A DNA stretch of 64,000 nucleotides from Octopus vulgaris (taxonomy: Eukaryota). Below, one piece after another: positions 25,393 to 40,245 of this stretch. The notes beneath the pieces are model-generated. The model saw nothing but the letters and a program-made list of their open reading frames with translations, did not search any database and was not told the DNA's origin. Each line of letters opens with the position of its first letter. Position 1 is the stretch's first letter. The stretch spans positions 110,422,001 through 110,486,000 of the forward strand of contig OX597815.1 of the NCBI GenBank assembly GCA_951406725.2, in the 5' to 3' direction. The position numbers and the translations under genes were made by a program.

Positions 25393-27707
25393 TGTATGTA
25401 TAAATACATGTACTCATAGCTATGCATTCTCCACGTGTTCCTTATGGAATACTTGGGGAGGACCAACAGCTTCCAGAATGCTTTCGCATCGTTATTAAGA
25501 TTGATTGGCAGAAAGAAATATTTACTGCTACTCACACTTTCCAAATAAATATATGAATTTGACCCGAATGCTCAAAGCTGCCTCAGCTGAAGGTACCAAA
25601 GGCCCAGATATTGTTGTCGAACTTAGTAAAGGCTTAAGTCACCCACTCTAGAAACAGTACAATTATTTATTTGAGCCCACAAACTTCTGTTCATGTTTCG
25701 CTTTACAAGTTCCATTAGCAAAATTTAGTTAGACTCGGGGCTGTTTTATAAAATTCTTGACCAATCTACCCAACTTCTGGATCGAACACGAATCTATGTG
25801 ATTGCGTAATGAATATCTTATTGTTATGGCCATGTCTGTATGCGTGCATTTTTATGTGCATTTATATATGTATTTCTCTACTTATGTATTAATGTACATG
25901 CATGTATATAAATATACGTTTTTTTTTACTGATCGGATTCTAAAGTACAACCCTCTCGCAGTTAAATACATTAATGAGAGTAGGCAGTGAGTCAGATAGG
26001 CGTGTTTTGCTTTATTAAGCAGCTACGCAAATATTGATGGATTATAGTTACTGTTCGATTGGTTGTTAAATGAACAGAATGAGTCACCCAGCGAATTTCA
26101 TTTGATCATTGTGATTTGTTCATAGTTTTTCTGACGTCATAAACGACAACCGTCCCTCGTTGTATTTTTACCGAAGATTATGTCTGGGATTTATTGACAA
26201 TAATGGCATAAATAACAATATCAACTCAATGAAATGTTGGATAAAACAGACAACGATTTTTTTTTATCGCTCGATAGAGGCAATCAGTTCTAATCGATTC
26301 GACCTATGACTCAATTTCAACCAATTTGCAGCTACCAAAATAAGTTATAGTTTAGTGTATGTTTTAAACAGTAAGCCCCAGTATAGTACTTGTCATATCG
26401 AGTATTAACATACCTTTAGACTTAACTATTATGCATCTCCTTCAGTTTAGGACTTGGAATCTATGATTTTTACAAGTATGTCATTAGTGATGTCTCGAAG
26501 CGGGAATTTCGATTTCGGCGCAACATCAGTGGTTATATGTATTAATTTGAGAACGTTCTTATTTCTATGCATTTTTATGTTGCATAGCTTAACTTATCTT
26601 AGTATTGGTTTTTAATGTTATTATCGTTAATATTACTAGATTATTTTTTCTTCCTTCGCATTCTTAATATTGTTGTTGTTGTTGTTCCGTAATGTTATTG
26701 AGAAAAATGAAATAACGACGTGATAATACCTAGTTTTGGTTGGTGTTCCAAGGCGGGATCATACAAAATCAACTAATTAATAAACCTACGATCAGATAAT
26801 AATTTACAGTGACCTCGAGAATAACAGGCAATACTTATCAGTTAAAAGAGTTGTGAACTTATATTTATACATTTATTGCTAGTTTTGGTGAGCCGGGAAC
26901 TTATCTATCTAGCGGCATATATATGTGTGCGTGTGTGTGTGTTCATATGAATATATATATATATATATACATATGCATATATGTATACATATATGCATAT
27001 ATATATGTGTATAAATATATACACATATGTACATAAATATATATATATATATATACATCTATGTATATATATATATATGCATATGTTCATATATGTATAT
27101 ATATATATACATATATACATATATATGTATATATATATATATGTACATATATGTATATATATATATACGTATATACATATATATATGTGTACATATATAT
27201 ATATATGTGCACATACAATGTATATATATATATATGTGTGTGTATACATGCATTCATACATATATACACTAATACACTCACACGTTTATGTTTGTGTGTG
27301 TAGTATGTGTGTATATGAGTGTGTTTATATGTGTGTATGCGTGTACGTGTTCGTGCGTACGTGTGTGTATATGTGTGCGCATGCGAGTGAATGTATAACA
27401 AAAAAAATAATAAGTGAGTTAGTAGTTATAAGAAAAACAAGAAAATAGACTGATAAGCCAACCAACTTGAAACTAGCAACAAACTTTCTACATTAGAAAT
27501 ATGAATACTCATGTATTTTTGTATAATAAAATCTCCCCAGTGTTATCTATAATAAACACTTGGGTAATTTAGTTATTACCTTTTATTTGGAAAGGGCGGT
27601 GCTGGTTGAATCACTTATATTTACAACTGAATAAGAAAATAATCATCACACGTTCCTCATAGTCTAAATTTAGAGGGAATTTTATAAATATATGTGAGCG
27701 AATACAT

Positions 27708-28010
27708 ACTCTTTACTCTTTTACTCTTTTACTTGTTTCCGTCATTTGACTATAGCCATGCTGGAGTACCGCCTTTAATCGAGCAAATCGACCCCATGAC
27801 TTATTATTTGTAAGCCTAGTACTTAATCCTATCGGTCTCTTTTGCCGAACCGCTAAGTTACGGGGACGTAAACACACCAGCTTCGGTTGTCAAGCGATGT
27901 TGGGAGGACAAACACAGACAAACAAACATACACATACACACACATATATACATATACATATACATATATATATACGAAGGGCTTCTTTAAGTTTCCGTCT
28001 ACCTAATCCA
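27708..28010 (-). mobile_element. SINE family B (3' part, (AAAGAGT)n tail)
   Basis: tactcttttactctttt acttgtttc.gtcatttgac. Confidence 0.85.
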
Positions 28011-28086
28011 AAGGGGTTTCAAAAGTGTACATGCAGGAGAAATATGTAAGGTCCTCGATTGGAAACTGTTTAGACAGAGAATCAAA

Positions 28087-28146
<60 letters not shown>

Positions 28147-28151
28147 TCTCT

Positions 28152-28192
28152 CTAGTTTCAGCTCAGAGCTGCGGCCATGCTGATGCACCGCC
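28152..28192 (-). mobile_element. Isolated CR1 3'-tail mini-element
   Basis: GGCGGTGCATCAGCATGGCCGCAGCTCTGAGCTGAAACTAG. Confidence 0.75.
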
Positions 28193-28209
28193 GTTTTATA
28201 TATATATAT

Positions 28210-28374
28210 ACGACGGGCTTCTTTCAGTTTTCGCCTACTAAATCCACTGACAAAGCTTTAGTCGGACCGTGGCTAATGTAGAAGACTCTTGGCTAAGGTG
28301 CCACGCGGTAGAACTGAACCCGGATACATGTGTGATCGGGGAGAACCTTCTTATCACACATACACGCCTGCGCC

Positions 28375-28376
<2 letters not shown>
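28210..28376 (-). mobile_element. SINE family B head
   Basis: Matches 53508-53670. Confidence 0.8.
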
Positions 28377-28406
<30 letters not shown>

Positions 28407-28464
28407 TGTATGTATGTATGTATGTATGTATGTATGTATGTATGTATGTATGCATGCATGTATG

Positions 28465-28519
<55 letters not shown>

Positions 28520-28529
28520 TTTTCAGAAT

Positions 28530-29340
28530 GAGATAAAAGTCCAAGGCTGTGAGATATTTTAGAACATTTATAAATAAGTCTTACAGCTGTTTCCTGGATA
28601 TCTTATATATCCCTTCATCGGAGACGGTGTGAGAAAATGGTTAAGCAACAGTTATTTTAGATAAGATATGAAATAGAGAGTGAAGAGGAGGAATGAAAAT
28701 AGATGTGAGATATGCAAGGATATTGCATCTGTAGATGCATTATTTAGGCAGAATTGTATACATATAAGATTCCAATACCTTGCGTGTAAGTTCCAATATG
28801 ATTTAAAATTCATCACTCCAAGTATAGAGTTTGTACACAGTGTTATTGAGTGGATTTAATAACACTGAGTACAAACTCTATATTTGGAATGATCAATTTT
28901 AAATCCTATTGGAACTCAGCGTTGTGTTGTCACGTTAATAATTCTACTATGCAGTCATGTTCCTACAAGTACGCAAATTTCTTCGTAATTAAATGCATCT
29001 GGGTTCCATTCTACCATGATTCACCTAGGGAATGTGTGTTCTATAATATCCAAGAGTCAATTCTAACTTTGTCTTGTCCACTGAGCAAACTCAGCCATAT
29101 TGGATGCACTGTGTACCTTTCAAGGGATATTTAAACCGTCACCTTGTTTAACATCGCTACCTTGCCTTCGGCTGTTTCTAGTATAGAGTTCTTTGTTTCC
29201 AAGCATTTAATACTTGATTCTGGTCTCAAAACAACCTGTGAACGATAGCTCTTTCTTTTCACTTACAATATTGGCAGCCTTGTAATAAGGAGGTTTGTGA
29301 AACCTTTCTTCTTCTGACCAGTTCGAAACAGAAAACATGT
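28530..29340 (-). mobile_element. Decayed Penelope-like element: GIY-YIG remnant plus 3' terminus with hammerhead
   Basis: VDKTKLELTL..RTHIP and EHDC remnants lie upstream of a hammerhead on the same strand. Confidence 0.55.
28577..28626 (-). ncRNA. Minimal type I hammerhead ribozyme, U4C variant
   Basis: gtct-CCGATGA-agggatatataagatatccag-GAAA-cagctg-TA-agac; stems I, II and palindromic III all pair. Confidence 0.7.
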
Positions 29341-29370
29341 AAAGACATACATATATGTATAGATCTATGA

Positions 29371-29399
<29 letters not shown>

Positions 29400-29434
<35 letters not shown>

Positions 29435-30311
29435 TAATAAAAGTGAAGTTCAATCTTGCTTGCTTACTTGCTTCCAATTTTACACAGCCAAACTGGCACA
29501 TAATGGGAAAATACAATGAATTATGAGTCCCTTGAAATGTTAATACAAACGGCATGAAACAAGTTTCGCGTAAATCGGACAAGAAGCTATTGAGATATCC
29601 GGTGTTTGAGGGTATAAATCCCCAAAACGGTGTATATTGGGACAATTCTGAAAGGGAAGAAACTCTAACCTTTCGATTAGACACAGTGACTTGACGATGA
29701 AAAAATACGATTTGCTTTCTACAGTAAATGTTTCTATGTTCGCTTTTGCTAAGCACAATATTTTAATTATTTAGACATATTTTTTAAGTGAAAGTGATTT
29801 CAAAATAGTTGTTTGTACAGTAAGTATTCATATTTTAGCTTCTTTAAACAGATAATATTTTGATGTTTTTTAAAATTATTTTCAAGTGAATACCATTACA
29901 AAAGTCTTTTGGCATATTTAAAAATATTTTAAAGTGAAAAGGACTTTAAAAATACGGTAAATATTTCGTAAAAAACACGTGTAAAGTAACTTTCTCCATA
30001 GGTTTTTTCGAATGCATTCAACGTATGTCACCTCCAAAGATTTAGTTGCTATTTCTAGCACGCCCTGCAACCACGTAACAACTATTTGCGATAAAGGGCC
30101 CGAAACAACTGTTGTTTGGTAGCAGTCTGTGCAAGAAATAGCAGCCAAATCTTTCCTTTTCTGGGGAAAGGAGCCATTTACGCATGATTTCGATATCACA
30201 TTCGTTTAAAGCATGCAAAACAAACTGGAAGAGAAAAAACCCATGAAATAAAATTCCGTTACGGGGAAACTCAGACTTTCCCGGTGACCCAACGAGTTAC
30301 AGGTAGACTAG
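29400..30311 (+). mobile_element. Non-autonomous Helitron
   Basis: 5' (TA)nCTAATAAAAG; 3' hairpin ccggtgacccaacgagttacagg then CTAG|T at 30308-30311. Confidence 0.75.
30038..30152. mobile_element. Small MITE nested in the Helitron
   Basis: 23-bp TIRs agatttagttgctatttctagca / tgcaagaaatagcagccaaatct (20/23 match). Confidence 0.65.
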
Positions 30312-30400
30312 TACACACACACACACTCACACACACATGCATGCATACATATATATATATATGTATGTATATATGTATGTATATATGTATGTATAAACAA

Positions 30401-30447
<47 letters not shown>

Positions 30448-30672
30448 TATGTATATGCAAGTGTGCTTATATATTCAAATATATATTTGGTTATGTGTAT
30501 AAATGCATAGATTTTTCTATCTATTTATATATATTCCACATGTATACATACATACCGTGTGTACAAGCTTACATGTATACACACACCTATACACATATAT
30601 GAATATATATACATATATACTAATATATATATAGAGACACACACACACATATATAAATACATATATATATAA

Positions 30673-30716
<44 letters not shown>

Positions 30717-30811
30717 ACAAACAACTACACACACGTATACATACATACACACATACATATATACATACATACATACATATACATACATACATACATACAT
30801 ACATACATACA

Positions 30812-30845
<34 letters not shown>

Positions 30846-31347
30846 CACACAGATATGATATAGTTTATTCACAAATATCACAAACATCCTGCAAATTTTT
30901 ACTATACTTCATTTATTACACTTTAATGTATGTCAAATTTACATAAATTCAAAAGCACTAACACATATCCTTTAAAATTACAAATATATATTTAGTTGGC
31001 CCCTTTTTTTTTAATATGTATTTCGTGTGTGTTTTAATATGAGAAATTTGTCAACGCAAGGATTCCAATGTAAGGAGTCTCGTGAATATTCATGAATAAT
31101 TTTGCTTTATAAATGCAAATATATTCACTTTTACCAACTTAATGGATGAATACGTCTTAGCACGTGTGTACAGTTTCTTGAAATTCAATAAATCAGGAAG
31201 AGTGCAAACACGCAGATTTCATCCTGAACGCCACAAAACGATACTGGCAGTATATAGGTTAGAGCTATAAAAATAGGTAATTATGTGTGTATATATATGT
31301 GTGTACACATATGTGTGTACGTGTGTATACGGTCATATGTACATCTG

Positions 31348-31398
<51 letters not shown>

Positions 31399-31418
31399 CT
31401 CTATCTCTCTCTCTCTCA

Positions 31419-31473
<55 letters not shown>

Positions 31474-31500
31474 TACATAAACATATATATATATATATAC

Positions 31501-31533
<33 letters not shown>

Positions 31534-31562
31534 CATATATACATAAACATATATATATATAT

Positions 31563-31596
<34 letters not shown>

Positions 31597-32066
31597 GCAG
31601 TCACCTACAAATACATGTACAAATATACATATATACATAATATATACATACATTTAATCCAAGATGCTACAACATATAAAAGTAATTATGTATATAAGTT
31701 AAGGAATGTACAGCTATATATCTGTGTGTGTGTATTTGTTTAAGCGCTCACACAGATGCACGCACACACACATACATATACACACACAGCTATATCTAAG
31801 CACAGAGCAAAAAGAGCAGAGATAAACAGCTATGCAGCGGGTGGGAACATATAACATTCAAGCACTTCACGGAATTTTATCTATATATTTTAGGTTAATG
31901 TTTGTTTTGCGTTTCTATGCTGTGCAAGAATTTTTGACTAAAACTTTATGAATTTACCAATTGCAGAAAACCTTGTACTTATGAGTTACTGATGTAGTTT
32001 CTTGAGTATATAAGCATTTTATTTATTAAGACCCATTTTATTCTCATTGTGTATGCAGTCCTCCTC

Positions 32067-33268
<1,202 letters not shown>

Positions 33269-33289
33269 ATATACACACAGTTTTTCCTT

Positions 33290-33454
33290 CGTCTTCCTTT
33301 TCTTTTGGACTATCCTGTGTCTCCTGTTTGTAAAGGAGAACTTTGCTGGAAACGTAAAACAACTTTTCTTTCCTTCCCCTGAGCGTCTTATTAATACTTC
33401 GCATGTACCAAGTCCTTGTGTTGTTTTTCTTGTCTTTTTCTCTCCGTTTCTATT

Positions 33455-33460
<6 letters not shown>
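33290..33460 (+). mobile_element. Penelope-type terminal fragment with degenerate hammerhead
   Basis: gttt...agaactttgctgGAAAcgTAaaac followed by cctgagcg, related to the 21000 family. Confidence 0.45.
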
Positions 33461-33534
<74 letters not shown>

Positions 33535-33666
33535 TGTGTGTGTGTGTGTGTATGTGTGTGCGTGCGTGCGTGTGTGTGTGTGTATCTATATATATAATTA
33601 TTACCTTTGAGGTTTTTATTCCCATGCTAACGGCATAAGATCGGTATTTTAAATAACGATCTTATC

Positions 33667-33720
<54 letters not shown>

Positions 33721-33986
33721 ATTATTCATAATATAAGAGTAAATAATTATTAGTTTTAAAAAAGCCAACAATTATTTTCGGGTAGATTTCGGTATATAAA
33801 TATCGGTATGTAAATAACCCTAGACTTTTGCTTTCGTTATTTTCCCTTCTGTCTTACATATTTATGTATTACATAGATATGTTGTACGTGGAGTCTTATT
33901 TGTAGAAAATAGAAATAAACAGTCTTTGACTGCTGTTTCTAATTTTGCGGTATGTGGCTAAGCAACCTGTTGCTTGCCCCTTCTTA

Positions 33987-34056
<70 letters not shown>

Positions 34057-34106
34057 GATATGATATTTTATTCATATATATATATATTATATTATATTAT
34101 ATATTA

Positions 34107-35310
34107 TGCAGGGTAGGAAAGCAAGACTTGGAAAATAATAGATAATTCACCAAATTGTTTATATTACGACAACCAGCAACCTGACATAAACATAATTTTA
34201 ACACAAGTTTATAGGGGTATAAAGAGACAATTTATTCAATATGTCTGCCTTCATTGTCCACCATAGCTTCACACGCCGCCTGAAGGCATCGTAACTTTTC
34301 ATAATGAAGTACTCAGACATGTCCTACTTTTCCCTCGGGATTTGCTTAAAATGATCAAAACTTGGATGCGAAGCTCTGTTGGTAGAGTACTCCAATTTCT
34401 TTATACGGCATAGTCCAGGGAGTTCAAGTCTGGGTTGGAAGAAAGCTAGAAGTCAGTGGGCCAAAAGTCGGTGTAGTTGTATTCGCAGAATTTCTACCCT
34501 TTCTTAGCCTTATGAGCAGGAGAACCATCTTGGGTCCACACATAATTACCGATGGAGTAGTTAGACTTCAGCTAAGGCAAAATCTTACACCGCAGGATTT
34601 TATTATAAGCGCCAGCGCCCACCTTTTCACCAGACTTGAGAAAATGGAGAGGCATCTTTTTTTCCGTCAGACGCCACAACTCGCAGTATCATGACTTGAG
34701 CTGGGGGCTTGATCCTAAAGACGCCCTTTACTTCAGAAGGTGACTTACCAATGTATCGATCATTGCGAAAATTTTAAAACAGCATGAACGGTAAAGATAT
34801 TTTCACCTGAAAAGATTTTGAAGGTTTGTCCATTACACTCTTTTTGGCTCTTTCCTGCCTTTTGGCTCTTTCATGCCTTTTGGCTTTCATTGCATGAGTC
34901 AATAGGTGTCTCGGGGTCCTCACGTATGACCTCAAGTGTAATTCAGTGTGTACAACATTTCTGATGGTCTCTGAATCAACTTTCATTTCCATGGACAGTT
35001 TTCTAATTGATGTAGTTGGGTTTTTCGAAATTTTGGCTTTGCGAGATTTAATAAATGCATTATCCTGTTTTTTATTTAAGTCTCCACTTCCTTGCTTCCT
35101 CTTGATTTCTCCAATATCCAGCATTCGGTTCTTAACGTTGTAGACAGTGCTCACAGAGGCTCCAACAGTCTGAGCAATACGTCTAATTGCAACCCCTGCA
35201 CGATGCAAATTTGCAATGCATTGTCTCTTGGGCTCTTCAGTGGGCATGTTAGATCGTATGACTGGAACTTCTGCTCAGATTAACTCAATCTACCTCCACC
35301 CTGAAATAGA
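34107..35310 (-). mobile_element. Tc1/mariner element (maT/DD37D-like), decayed
   Basis: Paired-like HTH ORF followed by frameshifted TQDGSPAH and FWP....SSNPDLNSLDY; TIRs not confidently identified. Confidence 0.8.
34774..35247 (-). pseudogene. Transposase N-terminal DNA-binding domain
   Basis: IAQTVGASVSTVYNVK..GSG; NPTTSIRKLS; 18-bp tandem duplication encodes KRHERAKRQERAK. Confidence 0.85.
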
Positions 35311-35689
35311 AAACAATGTTTTAGTATTTACGCTCAGGAATATATGAAAAATAAGGCTTCCAAAATATTCCAAGTGAATAAAACTCTTAAATGGTAAGAT
35401 ACCGGGTTGTGTTAGCAATAGAATGCACATATAACAATTATATACGAATACCAACATTGATACTGGCAGAAGGATATTTAGGTTATGTATACAACTAAGT
35501 GAACCCAACTGAGTATATCATCAGCTCTCGGGCTAATTAAGAAACGCACATTATATTAACTATACGGTCCATAATAGACTTCGGAACACACGAGGGGCAG
35601 GTTCCGACAGCCCACCAGATCACCTGATATCGGCCTTTCCTGGCCTTGTCAATAGTGAACGCCCAGACGCTATAGATGGCAGCGAGGTA

Positions 35690-36135
35690 GCTCTGCTATC
35701 GATATATAGAATTATAGTGCCAGAACAGGCACTGGTGTCGCGAATAGTCAGTGGGTTTATCAATAATATAATAAAAAAGGAAACGAAGTAAGTTTTTGAC
35801 GATGAATAGCTACTGCATAGTCCCGAAAGATTCACCGTCCCACCCTTTTCATCGAAAATCATGACTATATATTGCAACAAACCAGGGTTCAAAAGCACAC
35901 AGCGTTTTAATATTTGTTCAACGAAAATTACAAAACTACATGCCGTGGATTTAGATGTATTCCAGAAGAGCCTGTATAACCAACTATGTACAATTCCAAA
36001 CGAACCAATGTCGTACGACGAAACGCAACTGAGAACAGCGGCATGAAACGTAAGGCGAAGCAGCACGAATTACACTAGCGATGTTCCAGTGCAGCCGCAA
36101 CCCTCGGTTTCAAAGTAATAAAAGAATAAAAGAAT
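35690..36135 (+). mobile_element. Old CR1-type LINE 3' remnant
   Basis: TIYCNKPGFK..RFNI...LHAVDLDVF..IPNEP..QLRTAA aligns with the C-terminus of 41604-42167; degenerate tail. Confidence 0.75.
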
Positions 36136-36400
36136 GCACGCTCACACACGTAACCACGTCGTGAGACAAATACTCACGCATATGCAAGTACGCTCTCACG
36201 TACACAAGCAAATATATGCTCACAGAAAAATACCTATAAATATATATATTGTGTATGTTTATGCGTATGTATGCGTGCATGTAAATGATGTCTATGTTCG
36301 AATATATTCTATGCTCCATTTACTTTCATTTTAGATTATTCTATTATGTGAACATGAATGCAAAGTGCATTTAGAGAATATATGAATTTGCTAGTAGACA

Positions 36401-36415
36401 TCGCCCTCTAGTGTT
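36401..36415 (-). promoter_or_regulatory. Candidate CTCF site
   Basis: tCGCCCTCTAGTGt matches the CTCF core in repeat-poor DNA. Confidence 0.35.
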
Positions 36416-38177
36416 GGAGTCACCGTGACCACACTGTGTGCACTAGATGCCCCACAACAAGCCTATTTAGACGTTTTATCTGTGAAGTAACACTGAACAA
36501 ATCTTTGAAGCTTTCATCTTGCTGCAGGCTGGAAAATATAGCAGTATTACTTTCGGTCAATTAACGCAAACGGTTTATTTTATATCTTATATTTTTTTTA
36601 TATAACTAGAGAATATATAAATAGCAGAAAAGTAGGTGGAGCTTGTAAAGTTTGTAGTCTAATTAAGAATTTTGTTTTCGATTTTTGTGCAAGCGTTCTA
36701 TTGCTTTAGTAAATACAGGATATAAAATGAAATGTATAAAGAAAATGGACCAAAAGACAATATATAACATAAACTGAAGCTCTAAACATTTCCTATACTC
36801 ATTACGAGATCCAACAATTAGTATAAACCCCTTTTACTGTCCACTTGAAATAGGTTTCTCCTATCCAATAATCGGGTTATTGCATTTCAATATCGGTTAA
36901 CTCTTTAGTGATTAAAGCTCCTTTCTTGTTATCCTAAATGGGACCGAAAATGAAAAGGTTTAGTTTAGTACAAGTTGGCTACACAATATTAAATTCTCAT
37001 AAGTACGTTAATAAATTATAACTGTTCTAGAACTGAGCGCTTAATGTTATGAAATCAAAAGTTGTTATCAATACATATGATATAATTGTCTTCCTTTTGT
37101 TTTCCACTTCGTTTGAAGATATACTGAAAACTGATAATGATTTCTCTTTGTCTGTAACGGAATCAAATTCTGCCTTCATTGATGTTCTGGAAGGTGTCTT
37201 TTATTAGTAATTCTAACACAATTTGTATAGTAATATTCATAAATTTTTCTATGGTAGAATTACTTAATGTACTACTCAATGCCTTGTTATAGTCAGTTCT
37301 AAGACATTACGTCACGGGTTCAAACTTATCAAAACTGACAAAGCTGTTCACACTGATACCCGGAAAACAGATAGAGGAGAGAAGATGTGATATGCAAACA
37401 GCTGTAACTGAGGAGCAGAGGACGTCATTGTGTTGATAGCAGATGTAGCTGGGAATACGCGTAAGTAGTGTAATGAGTAAACCTTACTAAACAAATATGT
37501 TCTTTTCAGCTTTTAGGTTATTTAAAACGTTTTAACAATCATTTTTATTTGCGACATGAAAATACATCATCATTGAACGGGTGTTGAATATGGAACCGTG
37601 GTAAAACAATATATTAATTTTCTCTGACAGGCAAAAGTCACAACCGTAGTTTCCCTCTTTATAAGGTTTGGCATATTGGAATATGCTCCAAACAATTACA
37701 CAGTCACTAATATAATCATCTTTCAGGGATATACGTATTTTGATAAACCTGTATCCAAATACTCCTTCGGATTTCTATAAGAATTTACATACTGATTAAA
37801 ACAATTGCAAATTATTTTCTGTTAATCAGATATAATATTTGTAGAATGATTTATTACTTGTAAATTTTTTCTGACAATAAACTATAAAGACTGAAGATCA
37901 TGAATTATTACATGAGCAATTTTACAGGCTAAATCTGTTGCAACACAGGAAGTATTAGATGTGGATGGTTTTTTTGAGAATTTTACTAGTGATATTTCTT
38001 GTTTCTCTAGCAATATTATGTGAGCTGCTAAGGTGGCGAACCGGCAGAATCTTTAGCGTTCCGTGCAAAATGCGTAGGTGTATTTTGACTGTCTTTGCAT
38101 TCTGAGTGCAAGTTCCAACGAGGTCGACGTTGACTTTCTTATATATATATATATATATATATGAGTGTGTGTATGCG

Positions 38178-38209
<32 letters not shown>

Positions 38210-38399
38210 TATATATGTATATTCGTCGCTTAAAGTTGACATATACATATATATATATATATATATATAAGTACTAGGTTAAAAATAAAGTCCTGGCTTC
38301 GGTTTCTTTGACTAGAACCTTTCAAGGTGGTGCTCCTGCATGGCTGCATTCAAATAACTGAATCAAGTAGAAGGATAAAAGAATTTATATGTATATATA

Positions 38400-38570
38400 C
38401 AATTTCAATGTGGAAGGTGTTTACAAGCCATTTAAAAAAACACTCAACACCCCTTCCCCTTGATTCATTTCAACATTTAAACTTAATTTGTGTGAAAATA
38501 TTTTCGTCATTTTGAAACTGTGACCTGTTCACTGACAAAATTTAGTGCTGCATCTCAGCACGAAATTTTA
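38400..38570 (-). mobile_element. Penelope-type terminus with G3-C8 hammerhead variant
   Basis: tttgtca-GTGAACA-ggtca...tgac-GAAA-atat-TT (38487-38540). Confidence 0.55.
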
Positions 38571-38649
38571 TATTACAATTGAAAATCGGAATTCGTTTTT
38601 CTACTCAAGTTTCATGCCGTAGCGATCTCCACGCAAAAGATTAGAATTC

Positions 38650-38795
38650 TTTTCTACTCTAGACACAAGACCCGAAATTTTTGGGAAGGGTGCCAGTCGA
38701 TTGGATTGACCTCAGTACGCAACTAATACTTAATTTATCGACCCCGAAAGGATGAAAGGCAAAGTCGACCTCGGCGGAATTTGAACTCAGAACGC
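38650..38795 (-). mobile_element. SINE family A
   Basis: ttatcgaccccgaaaggatgaaaggc core. Confidence 0.85.
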
Positions 38796-38935
38796 CGCAT
38801 TGTAAAAGATCCCAATTACGTGAAACTCGAGTCGCGAGACAAGGTCTCTTTTTCTTTTTCCATTAAAAAAAAAGGTCCATAAACTCTGTAACCTGTTTGA
38901 GCACTTCCTTCTCATTCAACTTTAAGCGACGAACG

Positions 38936-38973
<38 letters not shown>

Positions 38974-39000
38974 TATATCCTTACCATCTATCTATCTATC

Positions 39001-39031
<31 letters not shown>

Positions 39032-39073
39032 GTATATATATACACATATATATATACGTATACATATACATAC

Positions 39074-39107
<34 letters not shown>

Positions 39108-39133
39108 GTACACATATACATATAAATATACAT

Positions 39134-39183
<50 letters not shown>

Positions 39184-39211
39184 ACGTACACATATACATA
39201 TAAATATACAT

Positions 39212-39273
<62 letters not shown>

Positions 39274-39284
39274 TTATATATATT

Positions 39285-39490
39285 TTCTATTCCAGGCTCA
39301 GGGCCAGAATTTTGGGGTGCTGGGCTACGTTTATCACATAGACTCCAGTGTTTAACTGGTACTCAGTTTATTGTCTCAGAAATTATGAAAGTCGTAGTCG
39401 ATCTTAAAGGAATTTGAACTCAAAACATAAAAGACGTATGAAATGTCGCTAAGCATTGTTCAGCGTGCTAACGATTCTGCCAGCTCGCCA
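39285..39490 (-). mobile_element. SINE family A, diverged
   Basis: aactggtact...gaatttgaactc...aacgattctgccagctcgcc. Confidence 0.8.
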
Positions 39491-39497
39491 AGCTATA

Positions 39498-39682
39498 CCA
39501 GCCGCCGAACTGGTAAGCACTGCATAGTACCAGCGATCCCGAATAAAGACCCATTACTACAACATCTTGCCTTTCAAGGGTCCACGACTATTCAACATTT
39601 TTCCAAAACAACGTTAAGTATTTACAGGGTGTAAATGTAGCGGTCGCCAAGGAGAGACTTGACCTATTTTTATCTGAAATAC
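39498..39682 (+). mobile_element. CR1-type ORF2 C-terminal fragment
   Basis: RRTGKHCIVP, FKGPRLFNI and RLDLFLSEI match 41880-42070. Confidence 0.75.
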
Positions 39683-40245
39683 GTTTTTTTTTGGTTTCCT
39701 GTACCCATATATGCATGTATATACATGTAGATGTAGGTACGTACATATATGTATGTATATATGCATTTGTTTTATTTATTTATTTGTTATATATATATAT
39801 ATTTACATATTCGATTCGATTCGTTTGGTTTCGTTTCGTTTCTTCTTCTCTAAGCTTGTTTTTATATATATTTATATATTTATATATATTTATGGCCAAA
39901 GGAAAGCATGGACATACAGCCTACAAGAAGCTCTCAAAATCTTTCCAGCTTGAACTTCAATAAGGCAAACTGGAAACAAATTGAGAAAGAGATCCTCAAA
40001 CAAAACTGGCCTGAATGTCTCTGCTCGCCGGACATCGACATGAAACTTCAACAATTCATGTCTGTAATGCAAGCCATATGCTACAAATGTGTCCCAGAGA
40101 GAAAGGCCACTGTACACAAGAACAAAATCCCCAGAGAGAGGAAAATTTTAATGAGACGGCGTACAAAAATTTCAAATCGCCTAAACAAACAAATTGAAAG
40201 CAGTGAAAAGTCCCGCCTGAGAATAAAACTGTTGGAGATTGAAAA

